The translations under genes were made by a program, and so were the position numbers. Under the pieces are notes generated by a model, which was not told the DNA's origin, made no database searches, and was given only the letters and a program-made list of their open reading frames with translations. This document shows, piece after piece, positions 19,815 through 29,633 of a DNA stretch of 64,000 bases; position 1 is the first letter of the stretch, and each line of letters opens with the position of its first letter. The DNA is from Shinella sp. (lineage in GTDB: Bacteria > Pseudomonadota > Alphaproteobacteria > Rhizobiales > Rhizobiaceae), in contig JARYGU010000005.1 of the NCBI GenBank assembly GCA_033795365.1, forward strand, positions 278,191 to 342,190, in the 5' to 3' direction.

Positions 19815-21011
19815 ATGACGGCGGTCACACCGTTCCAATCACGGCCGAGTTTTCCGGCCGATCCCATGGACTCCGGCTTCGGGGTCTATGTGCATTGGCC
19901 CTTCTGTGCCGCCAAATGCCCCTATTGCGACTTCAACAGCCATGTACGCCACCAACCGGTGGATCAGCCGCGCTTCGTCTCCGCCTTTCTGAAGGAGATG
20001 GAGGCGATGCGGCGGCTTTCGGGTCCGCGCACCGTAACCAGTATCTTCATGGGCGGCGGCACGCCTTCGCTGATGGCGCCCGAGACGGTGGATGCCATTC
20101 TTTCCGCCATCTCCCGCCACTGGCATGTGCCGGACGGCATCGAGATCACCATGGAGGCCAATCCTTCAAGCGTCGAGGCCGAGCGCTTCCGCGGCTACCG
20201 GGCGGCGGGCGTCAACCGAGTATCGCTTGGGGTGCAGGCGCTGAACGACGCCGATCTCAGGTTCCTGGGGCGCCTGCATGACGTCGAGGATGCACTGAGG
20301 GCCATCCGCCTTGCCCGCGAGATCTTCCCGCGCATGAGCTTCGACCTGATCTATGCCCGCCCCAACCAGACAGTCGAGGCCTGGGACCGGGAGCTCAAGC
20401 AAGCCATTTCCTATGCGGTGGACCATCTCTCGCTCTACCAGCTCACCATAGAGGAAGGCACGCCCTTCTACGGTCTGCACAGGGCAGGAAAGCTGACCGT
20501 TCCGGATGGCGACGCGTCCGCCCTTCTCTATGAAGCGACGCAAGAGATCACCGAACGCGAAGGAATGCCGGCTTACGAGGTCTCCAACCATGCGCAACCC
20601 GGCGCGGAGAGCCGTCACAATCTTACCTATTGGCGCTACGGCGATTATGCAGGCATCGGTCCCGGTGCGCATGGACGGCTGACGTCGTCCGGCGCCAAAA
20701 TCGCAACATCCACGGAGCGCAAGCCCGAAAGCTGGCTGGCGCTGGTCGAGGCGGAAGGTCACGGCATGGTAGACCAAGAGGTGCTCGACTATGAGGAGCA
20801 GGCCGACGAGCTGCTTCTCATGGGGCTTCGGCTCAAGGAAGGCGTCGATCTCGCACGCTGGCAGACGCTCTCCGGCCGCGATCCCGATCCGGAACGCGAA
20901 CGTTTCCTTATCGAGAACGGCTTCATAGAACGTCTCGGCAATTCGCGGCTGCGCTGCACGCCAGCCGGCATGCTCGTCCTCGATTCCGTCGTGGCGGACC
21001 TCGCCTGCTGA
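19815..21011 (+). CDS. hemW: Radical SAM heme chaperone HemW (HemN-like)
   Basis: YVHWPFCAAKCPYCDFNS (CxxxCxxC), GGGTPS, then a HemN_C domain. The rph-rdgB-hemW order is conserved. Confidence 0.9.
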   Translation: MTAVTPFQSRPSFPADPMDSGFGVYVHWPFCAAKCPYCDFNSHVRHQPVDQPRFVSAFLKEMEAMRRLSGPRTVTSIFMGGGTPSLMAPETVDAILSAISRHWHVPDGIEITMEANPSSVEAERFRGYRAAGVNRVSLGVQALNDADLRFLGRLHDVEDALRAIRLAREIFPRMSFDLIYARPNQTVEAWDRELKQAISYAVDHLSLYQLTIEEGTPFYGLHRAGKLTVPDGDASALLYEATQEITEREGMPAYEVSNHAQPGAESRHNLTYWRYGDYAGIGPGAHGRLTSSGAKIATSTERKPESWLALVEAEGHGMVDQEVLDYEEQADELLLMGLRLKEGVDLARWQTLSGRDPDPERERFLIENGFIERLGNSRLRCTPAGMLVLDSVVADLAC

Positions 21012-21066
21012 CGGGCAACCGAACTTCCTGTGAACTATTTTTGGGGTGTATGGCCGGGCTCATCAC

Positions 21067-21097
21067 AAAAAAGGGCCCGATCCTTTCGGACCGGGCC
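21067..21097 (-). terminator. Rho-independent terminator of dnaA
   Basis: The minus strand reads GGCCCGGTCC-GAAA-GGATCGGGCC (one mismatch) followed directly by CTTTTTTGTG, 27 nt after the dnaA stop. Confidence 0.65.
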
Positions 21098-21123
21098 ATG
21101 GCCGCATCCCGCCGGGAAACCGG

Positions 21124-22707
21124 CTATTCGTTGATCAAACGCTTCAGAAGCTCGATTTCATGGCTGAGCTTGGTGTCGGCCGAAATCAACTCTTCTATCT
21201 TGCGAACGGCGTGCAGCACCGTCGTGTGATCTCGCCCGCCGAAGCGGCGGCCGATCTCGGGGAAAGAGCGCGGCGTCAGCGTCTTCGAAAGATACATGGC
21301 GATCTGACGCGGCTTGACGATGACGCGCGTGCGCCGGTTGGAAACGAGTTCCTGGCGCGAGACGTTGTAATGCTTGGCGACCACGCGCTGGATATCCTCG
21401 ATGCGAACCCGACGCGGCTCGCCGGCAGCCACCAGATGGCCTAGCAGTTCGTCGACGCGCTCGATCGTAAGCACCGGCTCGAAGGAGCGACGGAAAAGAA
21501 GCTGGTTGAAGGCCCCTTCCAGTTCGCGCCCGCTCGCGGTGATATTGCGCGCGACATGGCTCAATATCTCAGGCGAGATATCGAGCGTGGTGTCTTCCTG
21601 CCGCGCGACGTCGAGGCGGCGCTTGAGAATTTCAAGGCGCATTTCATAGTCCGGCGCCTCCATCTCGATGGCGACACCGCCCTGCAGGCGGGAACGCACC
21701 CGCGGATCGAGCGACTCCAATTCCCATGGAGCGCGATCGGCCGCGACCACGACCTGCCGCGCCGAATCGAGCAGCATGTTGAGCAGATGGCAGAACTCGT
21801 TCTGGATCGAATTGCCCTGAAGGAACTGCATGTCGTCGATGATCAGGAGATCGATGTTGCGCAGCGTCTCCTTGAGCGACAGAGCGTCATTGTCGCGGAT
21901 TGCCGTTGCGAACCGCCACATGAAATATTCCGCAGTCAGATAGACCACGCGCGGATTGCGCGCGCTCGTCAGCGCAGCCGTGGCGATGGCCTGAAGAAGA
22001 TGCGTCTTTCCGAGACCAACGCTCGAATGGACGAAGAGCGGATTGAAGCGCACCGCACCCGCACCTGCCTCAGCGATGGTCTTGCCTGCAGCCAACGCCA
22101 CCCTGTTGGATGTTCCCTCGACAAAACTCTCGAAGGTATAGCGCTGGTCCAGCGGCGAGCCGAAGAGAGGAGCGGTGGCCGAAGGCCGTGCCGGAGCGCC
22201 GAACGCGGCCGAGCTTGCCGCCTGGGCCACCGATTGGGCGCCGGAGGTCCGCCGCGGTTGGGTGACCGGCGCGGGTTCCGCCGAAACGGCTTCGTCCGAG
22301 CTTCCCGGCCGCGGGCCGCGCATTGCGGTGCGAACGACCATTTCGACCTTCAATATTTCCGCGTCCTCCTGCTGAAAGAGGCTGGTGATCAGGTCGAGAT
22401 ACCGGTTGTTGATCCACGATTTCAGAAATGTCGTCGGCACCGAAAGGCGTACGACGCTTTTGGATACGGAATGGAGTTTCAGCCGGCCAAACCAGCTTGC
22501 ATAAACGTCGGGTCCCACCTGGGCCTTCAGACGCGCACTGACCCGTTCGAAAAGCGCGTCCTGCTTCATATCGGATTTTGCCCCCGCCTGCGCATTCCCC
22601 TTTTCGAGCGTCTGAAGCGTATCGTCCCCTTTTACGAACGCGCCAGCCGCTGAGGCTGAATTCATTTGCATTGTGCCGCCTTTCATTTCACTTCGCCGCG
22701 CCGGCAT
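21124..22707 (-). CDS. dnaA: Chromosomal replication initiator protein DnaA
   Basis: AAA+ motifs [11 protein letters not shown] and LIIDDMQFL, plus the C-terminal DNA-binding domain ([12 protein letters not shown]...[12 protein letters not shown]). There are in-frame starts at 22707, 22686, 22671 and 22665; 22671 has the best AAAGG spacing. Confidence 0.95.
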   Translation of the reverse strand: MPARRSEMKGGTMQMNSASAAGAFVKGDDTLQTLEKGNAQAGAKSDMKQDALFERVSARLKAQVGPDVYASWFGRLKLHSVSKSVVRLSVPTTFLKSWINNRYLDLITSLFQQEDAEILKVEMVVRTAMRGPRPGSSDEAVSAEPAPVTQPRRTSGAQSVAQAASSAAFGAPARPSATAPLFGSPLDQRYTFESFVEGTSNRVALAAGKTIAEAGAGAVRFNPLFVHSSVGLGKTHLLQAIATAALTSARNPRVVYLTAEYFMWRFATAIRDNDALSLKETLRNIDLLIIDDMQFLQGNSIQNEFCHLLNMLLDSARQVVVAADRAPWELESLDPRVRSRLQGGVAIEMEAPDYEMRLEILKRRLDVARQEDTTLDISPEILSHVARNITASGRELEGAFNQLLFRRSFEPVLTIERVDELLGHLVAAGEPRRVRIEDIQRVVAKHYNVSRQELVSNRRTRVIVKPRQIAMYLSKTLTPRSFPEIGRRFGGRDHTTVLHAVRKIEELISADTKLSHEIELLKRLINE

Positions 22708-23192
22708 TCCTGCCGACGCCTCGTTGTTTGCCTTTCACCGCCCGCGTCAAAACCATCGACGCCTTGCGGCTTCCGGTGTCCCTGCTGCCTGCGGCCCTCA
22801 AATCCGCAAACAGCGCCTCAAACACAACCAGGGTTACCGATCCTCGTCATGACGGACCGGCCTTCCTGCTACACGTCCCTGCAGTTTCCTCGTCAACTGC
22901 AGGGTACGGTTTCCACGCACCGTCTCTTCCTGATGGCGCGCTCCGCTACCTCAAGTCACAAACATACCTACCCCAGAACGCAATAACGCCCAGACCGAAG
23001 GTTACAACAATCATGATGATACAGAGCAGAGCCACCACTCCGTCACAGAGGACACACGCTTCCAACCACCTTCATCAGGCAGTTTGCAACGTCCGTATTC
23101 GGCTTATGTCGCGCCCCCTGTGGAAAGCATTTAGGCAGGATCACGGCGGAAGATCAATCAGGTTTTTTACGCAAAATTAAGAGGCCACGGTT

Positions 23193-23320
23193 GACTCGGA
23201 CGGGACATCCTGACTCGGAAATGCCCCTCTTGTGAAGAATCGCTTATGAATCAATGGCTTTGTTTTTTGCCACTTTGCGGGCACTGAAAGAATCTAAAAA
23301 AATAAAATTTCGCTTGACTC
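23193..23320. promoter_or_regulatory. Cluster of six GANTC (CcrM methylation) sites in the dnaA upstream region
   Basis: GACTC at 23193, 23212 and 23316; GAATC at 23237, 23248 and 23290. This includes the repeats TGACTCGGA-N10-TGACTCGGA and GAATC-N6-GAATC. I expect about 0.5 sites by chance in 128 bp. Confidence 0.5.
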
Positions 23321-23463
23321 ATTAGGCCACCAAGCTCCCCTAACGGGAGCCCTGCCGGAAGGAACATTCCTCCCGCAAACAATTGAAGTTAAACGCTTTT
23401 TTCTGTCACCCGCCTGACATGAAGCCAGCCCTGCGCATTAACCATAGCGGCACCGAAAAGCAA

Positions 23464-23492
23464 AAGAAAAAGCCCGGCAAAACTGCCGGGCC
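23464..23492 (-). terminator. Rho-independent terminator of rpsT
   Basis: The minus strand reads GCCCGGCA-GTTT-TGCCGGGC followed by TTTTTCTTTTG, 35 nt after the rpsT stop. Confidence 0.72.
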
Positions 23493-23526
23493 CGTTCAAA
23501 ACTGCATAGCTGGGTAAGCTTTTATC

Positions 23527-23793
23527 TTAAGCCGAGAGCGTCTTTACACGGTTGGCCAGACGGGAAACCTTGCGGGATGCCGTATTGGAGTGAAGAACAC
23601 CTTTGGATGCGGCGCGCATCAGCTCCGGTTGCGCCGCCTTGAGTGCGGCGGCGGCGGCGGCCTGATCACCGGATGCGATGGCTTCCTCCACCTTGCGGAT
23701 GAAGCTGCGGACGCGGGACCGACGGGCCTTGTTCACTGCAGTGCGGCGAGCGATCTTGCGGGTCGCCTTTTTCGCCGAAGTCGTATTGGCCAT
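23527..23793 (-). CDS. rpsT: 30S ribosomal protein S20
   Basis: [39 protein letters not shown]... Confidence 0.96.
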   Translation of the reverse strand: MANTTSAKKATRKIARRTAVNKARRSRVRSFIRKVEEAIASGDQAAAAAALKAAQPELMRAASKGVLHSNTASRKVSRLANRVKTLSA

Positions 23794-23920
23794 GTATGCC
23801 TCTCTTCAGAAATCTGACACAAACTCCGCCTTCGCCGTGCCGGGTCACTGCGACCTGTCATCCAAGCAATTCGGGAGCAATATCGGAAAACCTTGGAGTG
23901 GCTTTCCAAACTGTGGGCGG

Positions 23921-23949
23921 CGTATAGCCGGAAACGGCTCTCTCGTCAA
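23921..23949 (-). promoter_or_regulatory. Candidate sigma-70 promoter of rpsT
   Basis: The minus strand reads TTGACG-N17-TATACG about 125 nt upstream of the rpsT ATG. This is a pattern match only. Confidence 0.4.
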
Positions 23950-23975
23950 CGCGCATTCTGAAAGAAAACAGCCTT

Positions 23976-24749
23976 TCAACGATTGCGGAATGCCGGCTTT
24001 CGCTTTTCCACGAAAGCGGCCATGCCCTCCTTCTGATCCTCGGTGGCAAAGAGGCTGTGAAACAGCCTGCGTTCCACGCGCATGCCTTCGGCAAGAACCG
24101 TCTCGAAAGCGCGGCCTACGGCTTCCTTTGCCATCATGGTCGCCGGCAGAGAATGACTTGCTATCTTCTCGGCTGCGGCAAGCGCTTCCTCCAGCAGCTT
24201 CTCCTGTGGCACAATACGTGCAACCAATCCCGAACGCTCCGCTTCGGCGGCGTCCATCATCCGCCCGGTGAGGCAGAGATCCATCGCCTTCGCCTTGCCG
24301 ATCGCCCGGGTGAGACGCTGCGTGCCACCCATGCCGGGAATGACGCCGAGCGTTATCTCGGGCTGGCCGAACTTCGCCGTCTGCGAGGCGATGATGAAAT
24401 CGCACATCATCGCCAGCTCGCAGCCGCCACCGAGCGCAAATCCGCTAACTGCGGCGATCATCGGCTTGCGGAAGCCTGCGACATCGTCCCAGCCGGCCGC
24501 GAAATCTCCGAGGAAGACGTCGACAAAGCCAAGCGATTGCATCTCCTTGATATCGGCACCGGCAGCAAAGGCCTTTTCGGAGCCGGTGATCACCACGGCA
24601 CCGATCCCCTCGTCCAGCGCGAAAGCTTCAAGTGCCGAACGGAGCTCTCCAAGCAGCATGCTGTTCAAAGCGTTGAGCGCCTGCGGACGGTTGAGGGTGA
24701 CGAGACCAACCCGCCCGCGCGTCTCCACCAGCAATGTCTCGAATTTCAT
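23976..24749 (-). CDS. Enoyl-CoA hydratase (crotonase family)
   Basis: [15 protein letters not shown]...[18 protein letters not shown]...[19 protein letters not shown]...[19 protein letters not shown]. Confidence 0.92.
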   Translation of the reverse strand: MKFETLLVETRGRVGLVTLNRPQALNALNSMLLGELRSALEAFALDEGIGAVVITGSEKAFAAGADIKEMQSLGFVDVFLGDFAAGWDDVAGFRKPMIAAVSGFALGGGCELAMMCDFIIASQTAKFGQPEITLGVIPGMGGTQRLTRAIGKAKAMDLCLTGRMMDAAEAERSGLVARIVPQEKLLEEALAAAEKIASHSLPATMMAKEAVGRAFETVLAEGMRVERRLFHSLFATEDQKEGMAAFVEKRKPAFRNR

Positions 24750-24765
24750 GTGCCTTCCTCCTCTT

Positions 24766-25647
24766 CTAGCTCTGACAGGTTGCGCAATAAAAGGTCGAGC
24801 GCCCGGCCTGAACGATGCGGCCGACCGTTCCGCCGCAGCCAGGGGTCCGACAAGGCTCGCCTTCCCGGTCGTAGGCTGAGAAGGAATGCTGGAAATAGCC
24901 GAGCGTCCCGTCGGCGCGGATATGGTCGCGCAGGCTCGATCCGCCAGCTTCGATCGCTTCCGCGATCACCAGCCGGATCGCCTCCACCAAGTCCAGGAGC
25001 TCCTTCCTGGGCTTTCCCGCCGCGGTCACCAAAGTGCCCGCCGCCCGTTCCGGCGACAGATGCGCCCGCCACAGCGCCTCGCAGACATAGATATTGCCGA
25101 GGCCCGCAATGTTCTTCTGGTCGAGCAGTGCCGCCTTCAGCGGCTGCGCCCGCCCCCGGAAACGGGCAGCGAGATAGGCCGCATCCAAAGCGTTGCCCGT
25201 CGGCTCCTCGCCAAGTTCACGGAAAAAGGCATGTGCCGGCAGATCCTCCCGGCGCATCATATCCATGAAGCCGAAACGGCGCGGATCGTTGTAGACGACG
25301 CGTTTCGGGCCATCCGCGGTTTCGATATGGAAGACCACATGGTCATGCCGGCCGTCCTTGCCGCGCGGCATGTGGAAATCGCCGGGCGGCTCCTCTCCCT
25401 CCACGCGAAACGAGCCGGACATGCCGAGATGGGCGACGATGACGTCTCCTCCCTCAAGATCGATCAACAGATACTTCGCCCGCCGGCCGAGGGAACGGAT
25501 GATCCTGCCTTCGGCCCTTTCGGCAAAACGTGCCGGAAAGGGGAAACGAAGATCCGGACGCCGCAGCTCCAGCCGGTCGATCCGGGCGGCCTCCATCACC
25601 GGCGCAAGGCCGCGTCTGACCGTTTCCACCTCGGGCAATTCCGGCAT
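24766..25647 (-). CDS. mutM: Formamidopyrimidine-DNA glycosylase
   Basis: [14 protein letters not shown] at the N-terminus and a C-terminal zinc finger [27 protein letters not shown]. Confidence 0.96.
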   Translation of the reverse strand: MPELPEVETVRRGLAPVMEAARIDRLELRRPDLRFPFPARFAERAEGRIIRSLGRRAKYLLIDLEGGDVIVAHLGMSGSFRVEGEEPPGDFHMPRGKDGRHDHVVFHIETADGPKRVVYNDPRRFGFMDMMRREDLPAHAFFRELGEEPTGNALDAAYLAARFRGRAQPLKAALLDQKNIAGLGNIYVCEALWRAHLSPERAAGTLVTAAGKPRKELLDLVEAIRLVIAEAIEAGGSSLRDHIRADGTLGYFQHSFSAYDREGEPCRTPGCGGTVGRIVQAGRSTFYCATCQS

Positions 25648-25854
25648 TTCACATCTCCTGGCGACCGATCCCGCCCGCGCGAGCGAGCGCGCCGCGCATT
25701 TGTCGCATCTGGCATTTCCCTATCGCCCATCTATGTCCTATATACCAGCGCGGCAATGCCGCACCCGCTTCGCGCGCGGGAGAGATGGCGCGGCAGCGGG
25801 CAATTCGCTATGGTCCTTGCGATCGCGGCGGGACGAGGCAGGTGGAGTAACGGC

Positions 25855-26631
25855 ATGACGGCACAGCGCACATCCGCCACGGGCGGCATGGAAACCTCCT
25901 ACGGCTTCCGGCATGTGGACGAGGGAGAAAAGCAGGGGCTGGTCAACACTGTCTTCCATAAGGTCGCCAAACGCTACGACGTCATGAACGACGTGATGTC
26001 CGCAGGCCTGCATCGCGTCTGGAAGGATGCGATGGTGAGCGCGCTCAACCCGCGCCGCGACCCGGGCTACCGCGTGCTGGACGTTGCCGGCGGCACCGGC
26101 GACATCGCCTTCCGCATCGTCGAAGCTTCCGGCAGGAAGGCACATGCCACCGTTCTCGACATCAACGGATCGATGCTTTCCGTCGGCGCCGACCGTGCGG
26201 CGAAGAAGAAGCTCTCCGACAATCTCGATTTCGTCGAAGCCAATGCCGAGGAGCTTCCCTTCGCAGCCAATTCCTTCGACGCCTATACGGTCGCCTTCGG
26301 CATCCGCAACGTTCCGCATATCGATGTTGCGCTGAGCGAGGCCTATCGCGTGCTGAAGCGCGGCGGGCGGCTCCTGGTGCTCGAATTCTCCGAGGTCGAG
26401 ATGCCGCTCCTCGACCGCTTCTATGATGCCTGGTCGTTCAGGGCGATCCCGCAATTCGGCAAGATGATCACGGGCGAGGCCGAGCCGTACCAATATCTGG
26501 TGGAATCGATCCGCAAGTTCCCGAACCAGCACGACTTCGCCACGATGATCGGGAAGGCGGGCTTCTCGCGCGTCACCTTCACCAACTATACCGGCGGCAT
26601 CGCGGCGCTGCATTCCGGCTGGAAGCTCTGA
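25855..26631 (+). CDS. ubiE: Ubiquinone/menaquinone biosynthesis C-methyltransferase UbiE
   Basis: [25 protein letters not shown]...[13 protein letters not shown]...FGIRNV...[12 protein letters not shown]. The ATG at 25855 is used. Confidence 0.93.
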   Translation: MTAQRTSATGGMETSYGFRHVDEGEKQGLVNTVFHKVAKRYDVMNDVMSAGLHRVWKDAMVSALNPRRDPGYRVLDVAGGTGDIAFRIVEASGRKAHATVLDINGSMLSVGADRAAKKKLSDNLDFVEANAEELPFAANSFDAYTVAFGIRNVPHIDVALSEAYRVLKRGGRLLVLEFSEVEMPLLDRFYDAWSFRAIPQFGKMITGEAEPYQYLVESIRKFPNQHDFATMIGKAGFSRVTFTNYTGGIAALHSGWKL

Positions 26632-26690
26632 CGCATGCTTGACCGACCACCAACCCGCCGCCCGCATGGCCTATCGCGGGAGACGACCCC

Positions 26691-28268
26691 ATGAGCACGC
26701 CCGGTGCCTATCTGCGCCTGGCGCGTGTCGGCTGGGTGCTTGCGCGCGAAGGTGTGTTCTCCGCCTTTCCGCCCGACAACATGCCGACAGCGGCGAGGCT
26801 CGTGCGCGCCTGTGCCGCACTTGTCGCCCGCAGAGACCACCCCGGCGAGGTGCGCAGAAACAGGCTTTCTCGCGCGATAGAGCGGCTAGGCCCTTCCTAC
26901 GTGAAAATGGGTCAGTTCCTGGCCACGCGCCCGGATGTCGTCGGCGCCGAGTTCGCACTCGACCTTTCCGCATTGCAAGACCGGATGGCGACCTTTCCGC
27001 GCGAAGCGGCGATCGCAACGGTGGAGGCATCGCTCGGCCGGCCTATCTCGGATCTTTTTGTAAGCTTCGAGGAACCGATAGCTGCCGCCTCCATCGCCCA
27101 GGTTCATCCCGCAATCGTGCGTGACGGAAAGGGAGAGCGCCGTGTCGCGGTGAAGGTCATTCGCCCGGGAGTGCGCCAGCGTTTCGCCCACGACATCGAG
27201 GCGATGTATGTGGCATCACGCCTGCAGGAACGCATGCTCCCCTACACGCGGCGCCTGCGACCGGTGGAGGTGACCCGCACGCTGGAGCAGACGACAAAGG
27301 TCGAGATGGATCTCCGTCTCGAGGCCGCCGCGCTTTCGGAACTCGGCGAAAACATCAAGGGTGACGACCCGGGTTTCCGCGTACCGGAGATCGACTGGGA
27401 ACGAACCGGACGCGATGTCGTCACCATGGAATGGATCGACGGCGTCAAGATGTCGGATGTGGCCGGCCTCAAGGCCGCAGGCCACGACCTGGACCGGCTT
27501 GCCGACACGCTGATCCAGTCCTTTCTGCGCCATACGCTGCGCGACGGCTTCTTTCACGCGGACATGCATCAGGGCAATCTCTTCGTCGATCCCAAGGGCA
27601 CGATCGTGGCCGTGGACTTCGGAATCGTCGGGCGGTTGGGCAAGAAGGAACGTCGTTTCCTCGCCGAGATCCTCTACGGCTTCATCACCCGCGATTACGT
27701 ACGCGTGGCGAACGTCCACTTCGAAGCCGGCTATGTCCCCGCGCATCACGACGCGGCAAGCTTCGCCCAGGCGATCCGGGCGATCGGCGAGCCCATCCAC
27801 GGACAGCCAGCGGAAACGATCTCCATGGCAAGGCTCCTCACCCTGCTTTTCGAGGTGACGGAGCTTTTCGACATGGAAACCCGCCCAGAACTCGTCATGC
27901 TGCAGAAGACCATGGTCGTGGTGGAAGGCGTCTCGCGCACCTTGAACCCGCGCTTCAACATGTGGAAGGCGTCCGAGCCGGTCGTGGGCGCCTGGATACG
28001 CGACAATCTCGGCCCGAAACGCATTCTCACGGATTTGCGCGACGGCGCGCAGGCTGCGCTGCGCCTTGCCGAGGCCGCACCGGAAATCGCAGCCAAGGCC
28101 GAAAAGCTTTCGCTCGACCTCTCCGATATGGCGGAACATGGCCTGCGCTTCGACCCCGCCACCGCCGAGGCCATCGGCCGCGCGGAAGCGCGCAATACGC
28201 GCTCGGGGCGGGTCGCACTATGGGTGATAGCGCTCGCGATGATCTATATAGCCTGGGCGGTGACGTGA
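26691..28268 (+). CDS. ubiB: Ubiquinone biosynthesis regulatory kinase-like protein UbiB (ABC1 family)
   Basis: LGPSYVKMGQFLATRPDVVG...ASIAQVH...VAVKVIRPG...FFHADMHQGNLFV...VAVDFGIVG, with a C-terminal TM segment. Confidence 0.93.
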   Translation: MSTPGAYLRLARVGWVLAREGVFSAFPPDNMPTAARLVRACAALVARRDHPGEVRRNRLSRAIERLGPSYVKMGQFLATRPDVVGAEFALDLSALQDRMATFPREAAIATVEASLGRPISDLFVSFEEPIAAASIAQVHPAIVRDGKGERRVAVKVIRPGVRQRFAHDIEAMYVASRLQERMLPYTRRLRPVEVTRTLEQTTKVEMDLRLEAAALSELGENIKGDDPGFRVPEIDWERTGRDVVTMEWIDGVKMSDVAGLKAAGHDLDRLADTLIQSFLRHTLRDGFFHADMHQGNLFVDPKGTIVAVDFGIVGRLGKKERRFLAEILYGFITRDYVRVANVHFEAGYVPAHHDAASFAQAIRAIGEPIHGQPAETISMARLLTLLFEVTELFDMETRPELVMLQKTMVVVEGVSRTLNPRFNMWKASEPVVGAWIRDNLGPKRILTDLRDGAQAALRLAEAAPEIAAKAEKLSLDLSDMAEHGLRFDPATAEAIGRAEARNTRSGRVALWVIALAMIYIAWAVT

Positions 28269-28320
28269 GCACGCGACCGCAGCCAAGATGGTCCGCTCAG
28301 ATCCTCAGCCGATCGTCGGT

Positions 28321-29346
28321 TCAACTGGACCGTGCCCCGGTCCACTGATGCCATTCCTCCTCGCTGCCGTGGAATACGTTGAGGTCGATCTTGCCATCGA
28401 CGCCATGCGAGAGGCCTGAGCCGGAATACTGCCAGAAAATCCATTTACGTCCGGGATAGACCTTGGAAGGATGGGCGGCAACCGAGCGCAGCCAGAAAGG
28501 ATAGTCGCGCAATTCGCCCGTCAGATTGTCGCGATAGAAGTCCGGCGCGGTGTAGATGATCGGGCGCTGACCGTAATGGCGCTCGAGCTTGTCCATGAAG
28601 ACCTGCATCTTTTCCAGCACCCGCGCACGGGAAGGCCGCTTCCTGCACTTCGATTCCCCGTTCCACTCGACGTCGATAACGGGCGGCAGCGCTTCGGGAT
28701 CACGCGGAACATTGCGGATGAACCAGTCGGCCTGCTCGCCCGCAGTCCGGCACCAGTAGAAGAAGTGATATGCACCGCGCTTCAGTCCCGCTTCCTTGGC
28801 GGCACGCCAGTTCTTCTTGAACATCGGGTCAAGATGGTCGCCGCCATCGGTGGCCTTGATATAGGCGAAATTCGCGCCCTGCGTCCTCAGCTTCACCCAG
28901 TCGATCTCGCCCTGCCAGCGCGAGACGTCGACGCCGTGCACGGCGAGCTTCCGCGGGGAGGCAGAACCGAAATTGATCGGCTTGGCATCACGGAAACGAT
29001 GACCGTAGATGCGTGTCCGCGAGGCTGCGCCGGCCATCGGATTGGCCGGGGCAAGCGAGGCAACCGGCCTTCCCGAAGGAACGGGCATGCCCTCGTTTGT
29101 GACGCTCTCAAACACCTGCGGCTCGGGCACCGGTCCCGCCCAGGCCAGGGCGTCGTCCGGCGCTTCGGCCCCCGCGACCTCTGCGCCGACCTCTGCGACA
29201 GGCACCGGATTGCTCGGCCGCACGACGGAACTCGTGGTTTCCGCCGAGGGGAGCCCGGCAGCGATGCTCTCCGGTCCGGAACTGGATGCGCAGCCCGACA
29301 CGCTCAGACAGGCAAGGACGATAGCTGATACGGCCGATAAACGCAT
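28321..29346 (-). CDS. GH25 muramidase (lysozyme) lipoprotein
   Basis: Lipoprotein signal MRLSAVSAIVLACLSVSGC, about 115 aa of low-complexity linker, then a GH25 core GVDVSRWQGEIDWVKL...FAYIKATDG...AYHFFYWC...IDVEWN. Confidence 0.85.
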   Translation of the reverse strand: MRLSAVSAIVLACLSVSGCASSSGPESIAAGLPSAETTSSVVRPSNPVPVAEVGAEVAGAEAPDDALAWAGPVPEPQVFESVTNEGMPVPSGRPVASLAPANPMAGAASRTRIYGHRFRDAKPINFGSASPRKLAVHGVDVSRWQGEIDWVKLRTQGANFAYIKATDGGDHLDPMFKKNWRAAKEAGLKRGAYHFFYWCRTAGEQADWFIRNVPRDPEALPPVIDVEWNGESKCRKRPSRARVLEKMQVFMDKLERHYGQRPIIYTAPDFYRDNLTGELRDYPFWLRSVAAHPSKVYPGRKWIFWQYSGSGLSHGVDGKIDLNVFHGSEEEWHQWTGARSS

Positions 29347-29633
29347 GAAAACTCGCTACGCAAAACAAATGTCGAGGATGGAATTTCACCGCCGAAAAAC
29401 CACTGAACGGCATTGCTAACGAAGAATTACCAAAAAAGACTGAATCCAATCTAAATTGCCCGAAGACGGGCGAAGAATATGCAAGAGCGTTCCCCGTGCG
29501 GGCATTCCCATTCGCTACGGCTCGCACCAAAGAAGATCGACGGACGACCGCGAGGCACCGCCCGGCAACAGTGCCTCCGATCAATCAGAAATCCTTAATC
29601 CATAGTCGGCAAAATCCGACGTTGTCTTTCCGC

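Noticed and set aside
22578-23180. A 200-aa + strand ORF and a 106-aa ORF (22666-22986) inside the dnaA upstream region.
   Set aside because: Both have P/S/T/R-rich translations without motifs. They start inside dnaA in antisense, have no ribosome-binding site, and show poor GC3 bias in the distal part.
22708-23526. The possibility that the AT-rich, GANTC-rich dnaA-rpsT spacer is the chromosomal replication origin.
   Set aside because: There is no cluster of DnaA boxes; the best match is a degenerate TGTGGAAAG at 23119-23127. I found no TTAA-N7-TTAA CtrA sites. In Rhizobiales and Caulobacter the origin maps next to hemE, not dnaA, so a dnaA promoter or leader is the simpler reading.
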